Assembly (NCBI GenBank): GCA_963666345.1
Contig: OY762721.1
Coordinates: 2,368,001 to 2,432,000, forward strand
DNA: 64,000 nt
Direction of reading: 5' to 3'
Origin: Desulfatiglandales bacterium
GTDB taxonomy: Bacteria; Desulfobacterota; DSM-4660; Desulfatiglandales; Desulfatiglandaceae
Positions 10,562 through 19,882 of the stretch are shown here, in pieces. Position 1 is the first letter of the stretch, and the number at the start of each line of letters is the position of its first letter. The notes under the pieces are model-generated. The model was given only the letters and a program-made list of their open reading frames with translations, ran no database searches and was not told the origin of the DNA. The translations under genes were made by a program, and so were the position numbers.

Positions 10562-11626
10562 ATGAAAACAGTCCAAAATATCCCCTGCGATTCTTCGCGC
10601 CTATCAAGCCGGCTGAAAAGCTCCACCGATTCAGGTTTTTCCGAGAAACTGAAGGCCCGGGATATGCTATCCATGTCCGAGTTTCAGTCCTGTTTATCCG
10701 AAGGCGGGTCCGGAGCCGAATTCGTTTGCATAGGCAGCATTTCCCACGAAAAGCCCACCGTGTCACATCTTCTGATCAGGCATCCCCGATATGGGAAAAA
10801 ATGCTGGAAAATTATCAATTCCGAGCTCAATCATAATAAAAATTATCGTGAACTTCCGGTCGGTAGACGCATATATCTTGATCCTAAGACACTTGAGCTT
10901 ACCTGGGAGGACCGGTCCTTTAAATCGTCGGTTTCCATGCCTGATGAGAGGCCTGGCCCTGATTCCAAAGACTCGGGCCGGAAAGCCGCTTTATCAAGTT
11001 CCCAAACCCCTTACGCGTTGTCGGAAAACCCCTGTTTTGACCCAAAAGATCTGTCGAAGGTATTAAAAGACTACATCGGAACATCCTATAATAAGCTTGA
11101 CTGCTTTGAGCTGGTAGTGCAGGGCCTGGGGGGTATGGGAATATGCTATGGAGGCAAAGAGGGTATTCAGAATCAGCTTATCAAAAAGGCATTGGACCGA
11201 AGACTGCCGATAAATTCATATTTGACAGGTGAGGGGTTGATCGAAAACTTCTCGACACAGGTTTACGGCAAGACATTTTCCGATGTGAGCCGTCCGGAAG
11301 AGAAGGCCGGACAGGTGCTGTCGGAAATTGAATCGAGTCTTGAACAGGGGCTGATAGTTTCCTTTTCAACGGCCGCGCGGGGGCATATCGGGGTTGTCTC
11401 CAGTCATGGCAGCACATGGACTTTTCTCAATTCCGGTGTTATCGATAATAGTGTTGAGGCTTCTTCAAAAATGAAAGGGGTGGGAGAAGAAGATCTGAAA
11501 GCGGAAATTGCCAACTGGTTTCGTTTGGCCGGAAGGCAGGGCCCTTTGAGGATTACTATCGGACGGTTGAACAATGAGAAGCTGCGTCCTTTCATGAAAA
11601 CTCCTTCATTTCATGTATCGGTTTGA
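10562..11626 (+). CDS. Hypothetical protein with LysM-like region and NlpC/P60-like cysteine hydrolase domain
   Basis: YIGTSY..LDCFELV (catalytic Cys context) and GHIGVV (His); N-terminal TVS.L...WKII...N....LPVG..I.L pattern. Confidence 0.6.
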   Translation: MKTVQNIPCDSSRLSSRLKSSTDSGFSEKLKARDMLSMSEFQSCLSEGGSGAEFVCIGSISHEKPTVSHLLIRHPRYGKKCWKIINSELNHNKNYRELPVGRRIYLDPKTLELTWEDRSFKSSVSMPDERPGPDSKDSGRKAALSSSQTPYALSENPCFDPKDLSKVLKDYIGTSYNKLDCFELVVQGLGGMGICYGGKEGIQNQLIKKALDRRLPINSYLTGEGLIENFSTQVYGKTFSDVSRPEEKAGQVLSEIESSLEQGLIVSFSTAARGHIGVVSSHGSTWTFLNSGVIDNSVEASSKMKGVGEEDLKAEIANWFRLAGRQGPLRITIGRLNNEKLRPFMKTPSFHVSV

Positions 11627-11844
11627 TAATATGGATTATCTCCCGGTTGGCCTGCACAGGGCTGCACCAGGATTCCCTCTTCAGTTCAGCAGGTGCAAAC
11701 CCACAGGCTTCAAGATTCAAATTTGACAATGCGTCAATTTTTTGGCGGTTGCCCGGTCACATCCAGGTACAGCCTGATGTATAATAGGGGCGGAATTTTT
11801 CAAAAATGAATCGTACTAAAGAGGGATTTGTTGAACCGCTGTGT

Positions 11845-13647
11845 CTAGTAGACGATACATCTGAATCCGAGTATGTTGGAACATGATTCAGGTTCCAGTT
11901 TAACACGGCCGGACAAACATGGGTTGTCTTTTGAGATCCAACTTCCACCCTTGGCAATATAATATGTCGGCCCGGTTTTTACTGGAGAAGGCGGGCCTGA
12001 TATATCCTTGGTCCATTCCAGGACATTACCTAAGGTATCAACGATCCCGAAATCATTTTCAAATTCGATGTATCTGTCCACAGGCGTTGTATCGCCCACG
12101 TAACTTTCCTCTGTGTTACAGCCGTTATGACGCCAGCTGTTTCCCCACGGGAAAGAATAACCGCTTCCAGTCCTGGCAGAGGCCTCCCATTCATCTTCAG
12201 TCGGCAATCTTTTACCGGTCCAGGCTGCAAAGGCCATGGCGTCTTCAATACTTATCTGAACCACAGGATGTTTCCTTTTGTTGTTTAACGTGCTTCCTGG
12301 CCCTAACGGTTGATACCAGCATGCCCCTTCCACTGTTTTGTTGATGAGGGAAGAATTCCAGACGGATTTCTCCATGCCTGTTCTTTCATCTACCGTGTTC
12401 CGGCAACGTCCGTAATAGACCGTCCCGTATCCAAGTTTTTCGGCGGTGGTTCTGTACCCGGTCTTATCAATAAATACTTCAAAAAGCGTATTGGTAACAG
12501 GAAATTTGCTCATATAAAAGGGTGATAAGGGTACCGTCAGCTCACCTCTTTCATCCTTTCGGGGTTGTTTGTTACCTATATAATAGTTTCCTCCCGGAAT
12601 AAGCTTATGTTGATTGTAGAATTTATCCATTGCAGCAAGGGAATCGTTAAATTCTTCAGCCAGAAGTCTGGCCTTCCGTATTTCATCCCCTCCTTCATGC
12701 CTGTCCTCAGCAGAAATACCTTCAATGTCTTCTATGAGCTCATGTCCAGGCAGCTCATTAATTTCAACAACTTCCGGTTCTTCATCCTCCTCCACCTCTT
12801 CGAGTATCTCCTCGTCGTCTGCCTCCTCAAGGTCCTCATCCGCGTCTATCAGATCGAGCTCTTCTTCAAGATCGCAACTTTCAAGGGGTTCATCTGTTTT
12901 GGTATCCTCCGGCTCTTCCGCCATGTCCGCTTCAACCGGCCCGGCGGTTTGCCCGGTCTCCTCAAGGCCTCCTGAACAGATTCCCCGCTTTTCTGCCGCG
13001 CCTTCGGATAAGCCGGTATCAGGGGTTCCAGCATAATAAGAAGGCCCCCCCCCAGATGCTTCAGCAGATGAAGCGGGGTCAGGCTCGGAAGGTCCGGAAC
13101 CGTCCGCCCCAACCTTTTCGGACAAGCCATGGATTAGATCCCTTAGTTTATCTAATTTTCTTGAACCTTCGGAATCATCAATATCTGAAAAGGCCTCCGG
13201 TTTTGAAAGCATTCGATCAACCAGATCCAGCGCCCGGGTTATCTCTCCTAAATTAACAGGCCCGCCCGTTTTTCCGCCGGCTATAAAGGCCTTTAATGCC
13301 TTGTCCTTGGCCTCATCGGACATGACAAAAATATAGGAAGCTCCGAGAGTTACCCCTTCAGGGTTTTCTCCCTCCCCGTAGAGCTTCTCCAGATCGGCAT
13401 TAACGGAAGATCTGATACTACTCAGATTCTTCCGTCTGTTTTTTATGATCGAAGGAGAGGTTGCCTTATCCCACAACGACCTTATCAATTTGTCCGGATC
13501 AATTCCCTTGAGGGACTCAATAGAGTTTTCATTCTCATAGAATCCCCTTATGACGTTAATAAGTCTGTATTTCAAGGTAGTTTTATTTTGATAATTAAGC
13601 TCGGATATGGCCTGATCAATGCCTTTGACGGTTATTACGGGAGCCAC
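11845..13647 (-). CDS. FGE-sulfatase (SUMF1/EgtB/PvdO) domain protein with acidic linker and unknown N-terminal domain
   Basis: IPGG.Y.IG, PVTN..F..F...TGY.TTAE, HPVV.IS..DA.AFA.W.GKRLPTE.EWE.SAR, GNV.EW, KGGSW, GFRC; AAGGAG RBS. Confidence 0.88.
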   Translation of the reverse strand: MAPVITVKGIDQAISELNYQNKTTLKYRLINVIRGFYENENSIESLKGIDPDKLIRSLWDKATSPSIIKNRRKNLSSIRSSVNADLEKLYGEGENPEGVTLGASYIFVMSDEAKDKALKAFIAGGKTGGPVNLGEITRALDLVDRMLSKPEAFSDIDDSEGSRKLDKLRDLIHGLSEKVGADGSGPSEPDPASSAEASGGGPSYYAGTPDTGLSEGAAEKRGICSGGLEETGQTAGPVEADMAEEPEDTKTDEPLESCDLEEELDLIDADEDLEEADDEEILEEVEEDEEPEVVEINELPGHELIEDIEGISAEDRHEGGDEIRKARLLAEEFNDSLAAMDKFYNQHKLIPGGNYYIGNKQPRKDERGELTVPLSPFYMSKFPVTNTLFEVFIDKTGYRTTAEKLGYGTVYYGRCRNTVDERTGMEKSVWNSSLINKTVEGACWYQPLGPGSTLNNKRKHPVVQISIEDAMAFAAWTGKRLPTEDEWEASARTGSGYSFPWGNSWRHNGCNTEESYVGDTTPVDRYIEFENDFGIVDTLGNVLEWTKDISGPPSPVKTGPTYYIAKGGSWISKDNPCLSGRVKLEPESCSNILGFRCIVY

Positions 13648-13682
13648 ATGGTTCTCCTTTTTTTTGAGTTACCTCAGGAGAA

Positions 13683-13698
13683 TGCAAAACCCATTCCA
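13683..13698 (-). promoter_or_regulatory. sigma54 promoter of the FGE-domain gene
   Basis: Minus strand TGGAATGGGTTTTGCA = GG-N10-GC, about 35 nt before the GTG start. Confidence 0.7.
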
Positions 13699-13743
13699 CA
13701 TATCAGGCCTGAAATAAACGCGGGTCTATTGTAGCGATAGGAG

Positions 13744-13759
13744 TGGTACGGGTTTTGCA
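13744..13759 (+). promoter_or_regulatory. sigma54 promoter of the 13838 gene
   Basis: TGGTACGGGTTTTGCA = GG-N10-GC, near consensus. Confidence 0.78.
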
Positions 13760-13837
13760 ATCCATTGTTGAATTGGCAGGATGATTAAGGCACATCTTGC
13801 CGGGGCCGGCTCGAGAATTGATTAAAGGAGTATTCAA

Positions 13838-14248
13838 ATGAAAATTACAGATTCGGAAATTATCAGGAGTGGTGAACAGGACTTGATTGATGCAATAACC
13901 GGTGATCTGGACTGGGGTGCGATAGAAAATATTTTCCGGAGAAACCATAAACTGGAAATTGGAGAAGATGTCGAATATAAAACCGGAGATATAGTTGTTC
14001 ATAATAATCAGGTAGCATACAGACTGGAATTTGATGTAAAAGTCAACCTTTCCGTCCTGCTTGACAGGGACGGGAACTATGTCTCTGTGACAGGTTGGGG
14101 TGATGTACACAAAACAAATGAAAAAGATGAAAACGGGGCGTTGGAAGAGCCTGAAGAACAATTTCCCTCCGGTTACAGTACGGAATCGGAGCATGATTAT
14201 GAAAAGACGCTTGATGAAATCGAGCGGCCTGATCATCCGGTAAATTAA
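13838..14248 (+). CDS. Hypothetical acidic protein
   Basis: AAGGAG RBS; globular N-terminal ~90 aa followed by acidic tail; no family recognised. Confidence 0.8.
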   Translation: MKITDSEIIRSGEQDLIDAITGDLDWGAIENIFRRNHKLEIGEDVEYKTGDIVVHNNQVAYRLEFDVKVNLSVLLDRDGNYVSVTGWGDVHKTNEKDENGALEEPEEQFPSGYSTESEHDYEKTLDEIERPDHPVN

Positions 14249-14431
14249 GACTTGATTAAGCCGGAGGCATCTTCCGTGGATAAACAGAAACAGAAAACAA
14301 TTTCCCGGGCGGCATCTTAGGCAGGAGACATGAGGGCTGAGCAGTACGATTAAAGATAGCCCAGCACGTTTTCAGCCTTACTGTATGGCTTGATCTCCCC
14401 CATGATTTTTTTAAGTTTGTCAATATAGATT

Positions 14432-15955
14432 ATGCAGGACGAGACTGTGAAAATGGATGACCCTACGGCACGTGAAATCAGGAGTCTGTTAGATAAGATC
14501 CTGAAACGGAATATTGAAGGTTTTATTGGAACCACTTTCGGGATCGGGGCATTGCCTCTAAATTGGGCAACCATATCATGCCTTATCCTGCTTGCAGAGC
14601 GCGAAAATGAGATAGACAGTTTTGGCCTGGACCCATCTGAGCGTTATACGCAGGATACATTCCTTGATGAATTGAGAGAAATCGGTATCGAATCGGATGC
14701 GGAACCGAAAAAGGCGCTTCAGGAGATGACTCAAAAGGGATATCTTAATGTAGATAACAAGGGAAGGTTTTGCGCGGAAAAACAGACCATCAGTATGACC
14801 CATCTCATTGACCGCATATTTCCCGGAATGCCCGGGATGAATCTTGTCGCCTATTTTATCCAAACCATGGATGAGGTTCAATCCGGTCGAAAAGACGTGA
14901 AAGATGCGGCCGGTCAATTTGACCAGACGCTGAAAATTCATGGCACTACTTTGAAAAAGAGGAATGCCGGCCCGGTAACCAAGAAGACACTTAAGCCGTC
15001 TGTTGAGCAGATAGCCGCATTTAAGAAAGGAGAGTCGCGTGCGGTTGTTTGTTCGCAACCAAAACTTTTTTCTGATGGCCGTTCAGGCACTAAGGAAATC
15101 AGGGAAGTCAGTTTTGGAATAGCTCTATCCGGGCAGGATAAGTCGCAGGAAAATTGCCCGGAAATCTTTGAAGAAAGTAAGGCCCAAAAACCGGATATGA
15201 AGGGAGTCGAACAAAGAGAGACTCCAGGCGGACAGACAGAAATCAAAGGTGCTCACACAGCCGAGATGTCTTCAGAGACCCTGCAGAACATACCTTTAGA
15301 GGCTGGCCCTGAATCGTTGAATTCAGCAGACGAAGAGGCCGCTACAGATATTACATCGGAAGCCGCCCATTCAGGTTGTAAAGACGACTTAATGCCTTCT
15401 GAGCTGGAGGCGCAAGAGGAAGCTTTTTTTAAAGATTCAGGGGCCGAATTAGAACGGATCAAAACTGTTATGCCTGGAGAGACATTGCCGCGTCCGGAAA
15501 CCAGATCCGGGACAGAAAATATTCCAAACGAGCATGTCCAGGATTCCGATGATATCATAGAAAAACGCATTGCCGCCTTTGAGGAAGATCTGGCTATGCA
15601 ATGTCCCCTATGCAGGTCAGCAAAGATCCAAATAAATGAAACCGCCATGGGTAAGGTCTATTACAAATGTCCCAACAAAAAATGTAATTTTGTAAGCTGG
15701 GGCAAACCATATCATCTGGCCTGCCCGCTATGCAATAATCCGTTTTTGATTGAAATTTCCGACAAAAATGGAGCAAAAATTATTAAATGCCCGAGGGCAA
15801 CATGCCGCTATCAGCAGAAATCCCCCGGGCTGATTACGAAAGAATGTCGTGAAAAAGCCGGGATACCTTCTAAAGAAACAACTAATAATAGCGAAAGTTT
15901 CCGGAAGCCGCGAAGGAGGGTAGTCAGAAGAAAAGTGGTTCGAAAAAAAAGATAG
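14432..15955 (+). CDS. Hypothetical protein with C-terminal topoisomerase-type C4 zinc ribbons and Arg/Lys-rich tail
   Basis: CPLC..YYKCPNKKC.F..W.KP...CPLC..KCPRATC.Y; tail RKPRRRVVRRKVVRKKR; no topoisomerase core. Confidence 0.8.
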   Translation: MQDETVKMDDPTAREIRSLLDKILKRNIEGFIGTTFGIGALPLNWATISCLILLAERENEIDSFGLDPSERYTQDTFLDELREIGIESDAEPKKALQEMTQKGYLNVDNKGRFCAEKQTISMTHLIDRIFPGMPGMNLVAYFIQTMDEVQSGRKDVKDAAGQFDQTLKIHGTTLKKRNAGPVTKKTLKPSVEQIAAFKKGESRAVVCSQPKLFSDGRSGTKEIREVSFGIALSGQDKSQENCPEIFEESKAQKPDMKGVEQRETPGGQTEIKGAHTAEMSSETLQNIPLEAGPESLNSADEEAATDITSEAAHSGCKDDLMPSELEAQEEAFFKDSGAELERIKTVMPGETLPRPETRSGTENIPNEHVQDSDDIIEKRIAAFEEDLAMQCPLCRSAKIQINETAMGKVYYKCPNKKCNFVSWGKPYHLACPLCNNPFLIEISDKNGAKIIKCPRATCRYQQKSPGLITKECREKAGIPSKETTNNSESFRKPRRRVVRRKVVRKKR

Positions 15956-16240
15956 TCGGGCCGGGTTCTCGGAAAGGAGTGAAATGCGAGGGATCCTTGA
16001 TTGGATTAAAATGTATGGCTAAAATTATCAGAATGTTTTACGCAGGCTGTATCTTGAATTTCCCGCATATCAGAATCGCAGGCGAGATCGGTTTTTTCCC
16101 CCGGTTTAATTTGAAGAAAAACATGGAGTTTCCCGACAAGGATATCCGGTCAGTGCCCACGTTTTTAATCTTCGGGGCGCTACAGAACATATTTTTCAAC
16201 GAAAATCCATGCTGTTTTTAGGCTATTGGAGGCTTTTTCG

Positions 16241-17821
16241 ATGGCAAAAAGGCCAACCTATGAAAAATTGGAACAAAGAATCAGGGAGTTGGAGAAGAAA
16301 AATTTTGAGATCAAGCAGGAAGAAGAGTTGCTGCGCGAAGGCGTAGAGCGTTTGAAAACCATCCTGAATTTCATACAAGCAGGAATTGTGATTATTGACA
16401 CGAAAACTCACAAGATCTTTGATGTCAATTTTGCCGCCGCTCAAGTCATAGGAGTTCCAAAAGAGAAGATTGTCGGGCGCCTGTGTCATAATCTTATGTG
16501 CTCTGCCATAAATGGAGCATGCCCGATTACGGATCTCGGGGGAAAAATAGAGAACTCGGAGAGCTTGATTTTCAGGTCCGATGGCGGGAAGATCCCTATT
16601 ATAAAAACCTGTACTCCCATAGACCTGAGGGGCAGGGAATACCTGCTGCTTACCTTTATTGACATCAGTGATAAGAAGAAACTTGAAGCCCAGCTCATCC
16701 AGGCCCAGAAGATGGAAGCAATAGGTACTCTCGCAGGAGGCATTGCCCATGATTTTAATAACCTTCTTATGGGGATACAGGGATATGCTTCTTTGATGCT
16801 TATGGATATCGACTCAACTCATCCCCATTATGAAAGGCTCACAGGGATAGAGGAGCAGGTTCAAAGAGGCGCTGAACTGACAAGACACCTGCTGGGCTTT
16901 GCAAGGGGAGGGAAATTCGAGGATGTCTCCACTGATCTCAATAAGCTCATAAGAAAGACTTCCGGAATGTTCGGTCGCACAAAGAAGGAGATCGAGATTC
17001 ATAGAAGGTATCAGAAAGATATATATTCGGTGGATTCGGACCAGGGGCAGATTGAGCAGGTTCTGTTAAATCTTTATGTCAATGCCTGGCAGGCAATGCC
17101 AGGCGGGGGAAAGTTATACCTTCAGACGGAAAATGTCTTCATTGATGAAAATCATTCAAGGCCCTATAAAATAAGGCCTGGGAGATATGTGAAGATTTCC
17201 TTTAAAGACACAGGCGTCGGTATGGACGAGACAACCCGGCAGAGGGTCTTTGAGCCGTTCTTCAGTACAAAAGAAATGGGCAGAGGAACCGGTCTGGGAT
17301 TGGCGTCCGTGTATGGCATCATTAAAAATCATGGCGGATTTATTGATGTCTACAGTGAAAAAGGCGAAGGAACAACCTTTGATCTCTTTTTGCCGGCTTC
17401 GGAAAATGGAGTAGTAGAGGGGGGCGATTCAGATGAAAAATTTCTGGAGGGTTCCGAGACTATCCTCCTGGTAGATGATGAAGATATGATTATTAACGTG
17501 GGCGAGCAGTTTTTGAAAAAGATGGGTTATACGGTCTTAATAGCCAAAAACGGGAAAGATGCCGTTGAGATATGTGAAAAGGGTCGTGATAAAATTGATA
17601 TAGTCATTCTGGATATGATAATGCCGGACATGGGCGGCGGGGAGACCTATGACAGGATAAAGGAGGTCAGTCCCGGGATGAAGGTCCTGCTTTCAAGTGG
17701 GTACAGCCTCGATGGTCAGGTTACCGAGATTTTGGTGCGAGGCTGTAACGGTTTTATCCAGAAACCTTTTGATATAAAACAGTTGTCTCAAAGTATAAGG
17801 GAGGTCTTGGATGGAAAATAG
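16241..17821 (+). CDS. PAS-domain hybrid histidine kinase/response regulator
   Basis: QKMEAIGTLAGGIAHDFNNLL H-box, N box, DTG.GM, GTGLGL, REC ILLVDDE..LDM.MP..QKPF; GGAGG RBS before ATG 16241. Confidence 0.95.
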   Translation: MAKRPTYEKLEQRIRELEKKNFEIKQEEELLREGVERLKTILNFIQAGIVIIDTKTHKIFDVNFAAAQVIGVPKEKIVGRLCHNLMCSAINGACPITDLGGKIENSESLIFRSDGGKIPIIKTCTPIDLRGREYLLLTFIDISDKKKLEAQLIQAQKMEAIGTLAGGIAHDFNNLLMGIQGYASLMLMDIDSTHPHYERLTGIEEQVQRGAELTRHLLGFARGGKFEDVSTDLNKLIRKTSGMFGRTKKEIEIHRRYQKDIYSVDSDQGQIEQVLLNLYVNAWQAMPGGGKLYLQTENVFIDENHSRPYKIRPGRYVKISFKDTGVGMDETTRQRVFEPFFSTKEMGRGTGLGLASVYGIIKNHGGFIDVYSEKGEGTTFDLFLPASENGVVEGGDSDEKFLEGSETILLVDDEDMIINVGEQFLKKMGYTVLIAKNGKDAVEICEKGRDKIDIVILDMIMPDMGGGETYDRIKEVSPGMKVLLSSGYSLDGQVTEILVRGCNGFIQKPFDIKQLSQSIREVLDGK

Positions 17822-17941
17822 GCGATTTTCAGTTCCTCCCTGTTTTGGAGCGATATTGTACCAAAGCCGTCCTTGCCTGTTAAATTACCGAAATGATCCG
17901 CTGAATTTCCAGCTGTGCAGTGAGTACCGGGAAATATCACA

Positions 17942-18169
17942 TTGATAGATTGCCATAAATGCGAACACTATTATGTTACCTGGGACAGGCATTTTCCTCA
18001 TGGTTGTAAGGCTATGAGTTTTAAATCCAAACAGCTGCCTTCGGTAAAAGTATTTGTCAGCTCTAATCGAGAATGCCTTTTTTATCAGGTCAAAAATTTG
18101 ACATGTCGTCAAACTCAGGGCCGCTCCCGCCATAATAAAAATCAGGACTTCCGGAAAAAGCAGGTTTAA
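17942..18169 (+). CDS. Small Cys-rich protein (C..C.HY.VTWD..FP.GC..M.FKS..LPS..V...S...C family)
   Basis: Recognisable conserved small-protein motif with four Cys; TTG start uncertain. Confidence 0.6.
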   Translation: MIDCHKCEHYYVTWDRHFPHGCKAMSFKSKQLPSVKVFVSSNRECLFYQVKNLTCRQTQGRSRHNKNQDFRKKQV

Positions 18170-18353
18170 CCGGCGTCCATCCGGAAAATAAATTATCCCG
18201 ACGATGATCAATGGCTTATCAATCTCAGTTTCTGTGTTTAAGCTCAATGTAAAGAGGATTTAACCGGTTTCAGCTTCAACAGGGCTTGCATCCGCCTCCG
18301 GCGGATCAAATAGCGCCTGTGTCGGTTAACCGGCACCGGTTTTTTTGTGTATT

Positions 18354-18369
18354 TGGCATGGTTTCTGCT
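18354..18369 (+). promoter_or_regulatory. sigma54 promoter of the GGDEF gene
   Basis: TGGCATGGTTTCTGCT = GG-N10-GC, about 100 nt before the ATG. Confidence 0.7.
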
Positions 18370-18471
18370 TTAACTGGCGGGTATTGAAATGTTTTCCCGA
18401 AACTTGAACCTGACTTTTTAATCTGTAAATGCCTGCGCAGAATGTAAGGGTACCCTGGGAGGAAACGTGCA

Positions 18472-19836
18472 ATGGAAGATCTGAGGCCGGAACTGGACCG
18501 GATAAAGAAAGAATATCTGGAGGCGGAAACGGTCTGCTCGGATGAAAAGGCGTGTCTTCTGAAAGTTGCCAACATCTTCGGCATGGTTGTGGGCATGCAT
18601 GCGGAATTTGCAGAAGAACAGCAAACCATAGAAGAGATGCTCAACTCGGGGGATGTGCTGCCTCTGGATCGGATTAGGGAGGAGCTAGGCAGGTTGCGTA
18701 GTAGGATATTTACAGAAGAAACCAAGGCAGGGCTTTATAAAAGCGAAACCGAAAAGAAAAATGAAATAGATGAGCGAATGTTCAAGGCCTGTAGGAACAT
18801 CAAGAGAATTATGCTGCCGTTTCTTGATGGTTTCTACCCCATGACAAAGGAATTAAAAGAAAAGGCCGATCAAATAAAAATCAAGTGTCACCCCGGTATG
18901 GCGGAACATGAACTGGATGAACATACGGCTTCATTTCTCGCCTTTGTTAAGGGACTGAAGAAAAGGGTCTCGGAAGATTTAGGATATGTCAACAAGAGCT
19001 TTCTCATGCTTTTGAAGCATGTAAAGGAACTGGAGAAAATGCTGACGAGTGAGTTCGGGGAAAATGACAGTTTAAAAGAAATGGAGCATTTTGAGATAAA
19101 GATCAGCGAGGAGATGGGTTCCATTGTAAACTCGTTTGATATTCATGCCAGAATCAGCGAAATAAGGAGTACGGTAGTAGGAAAGTTAAGTAATATAAAA
19201 CGACTGGTTGCCAAAAGAAAAAAGGAGGAAGTAAAAAGATCGGACCGGGCTAAGGAAGGCCTTGATAAACTCAAGAAACAGATCGTGAATGCGGAAAGAC
19301 ACGCCCGTAAAATGTCAAAAAAAGCGGAACATTTTCGAAAAGCCGCCAAAAAGGACGGCCTCACGGGCCTGCACAACCGCAGTGCCTTTGATGAAAGGCT
19401 AAGGGATGGGCTTGAGCTTTTTAACAGTGGGGGAGGCTCTTTTTTGATCGTACTTTTCGACGTGGATAATTTTAAGGCCATCAATGACATGTTCGGTCAC
19501 GTGGCAGGAGATAAGGTCTTGAAGATAGTTGCCCGGACATTAACGGAAAGCTTCCGAAAAGATGATTTCATAGCGCGTTACGGCGGTGATGAATTCGTTG
19601 TCATCCTGGAGGGTTTGAGTGAAGAGATGGCCTATGAAAGAACAGAAAAATTCACGAAAAATTTCAGTGAAAAGCGGTTTACTTCGGCCATGGCGGGTAA
19701 GGATATAAAGATCAACATAAGTGCGGGAATCGCCTTGGCTGATGCAGGAGAGGGCCCTGATCAACTCATCCGCCGTGCGGATCTGGCCATGTACGACTCG
19801 AAAAAAAACGCCCGGCAACCTGACATATCAGGTTAA
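18472..19836 (+). CDS. Diguanylate cyclase (coiled-coil + GGDEF)
   Basis: DGLTGLHNR, DVDNFK.IND.FGH.AGD, RKDD I-site, RYGGDEF, ADLAMY. Confidence 0.95.
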   Translation: MEDLRPELDRIKKEYLEAETVCSDEKACLLKVANIFGMVVGMHAEFAEEQQTIEEMLNSGDVLPLDRIREELGRLRSRIFTEETKAGLYKSETEKKNEIDERMFKACRNIKRIMLPFLDGFYPMTKELKEKADQIKIKCHPGMAEHELDEHTASFLAFVKGLKKRVSEDLGYVNKSFLMLLKHVKELEKMLTSEFGENDSLKEMEHFEIKISEEMGSIVNSFDIHARISEIRSTVVGKLSNIKRLVAKRKKEEVKRSDRAKEGLDKLKKQIVNAERHARKMSKKAEHFRKAAKKDGLTGLHNRSAFDERLRDGLELFNSGGGSFLIVLFDVDNFKAINDMFGHVAGDKVLKIVARTLTESFRKDDFIARYGGDEFVVILEGLSEEMAYERTEKFTKNFSEKRFTSAMAGKDIKINISAGIALADAGEGPDQLIRRADLAMYDSKKNARQPDISG

Positions 19837-19882
19837 TTCGGGATTCGGCCCTGATTGCCCTAATGCAGGCGAAATTTGGTTT

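Noticed and set aside
11845..11960. FGE/C-type lectin C-terminus as a DGR variable region (with the four-helix remnant as Avd)
   Set aside because: No template repeat with adenine-specific differences and no reverse transcriptase seen in the window; the four-helix remnant is 31 kb away
14432..15955. DNA topoisomerase I call
   Set aside because: Only the zinc ribbons match; catalytic domains absent
15979..16221. 80-aa ORF before the hybrid kinase
   Set aside because: No motif, atypical composition; has an RBS-like AAGGA too close to the GTG, so left uncalled
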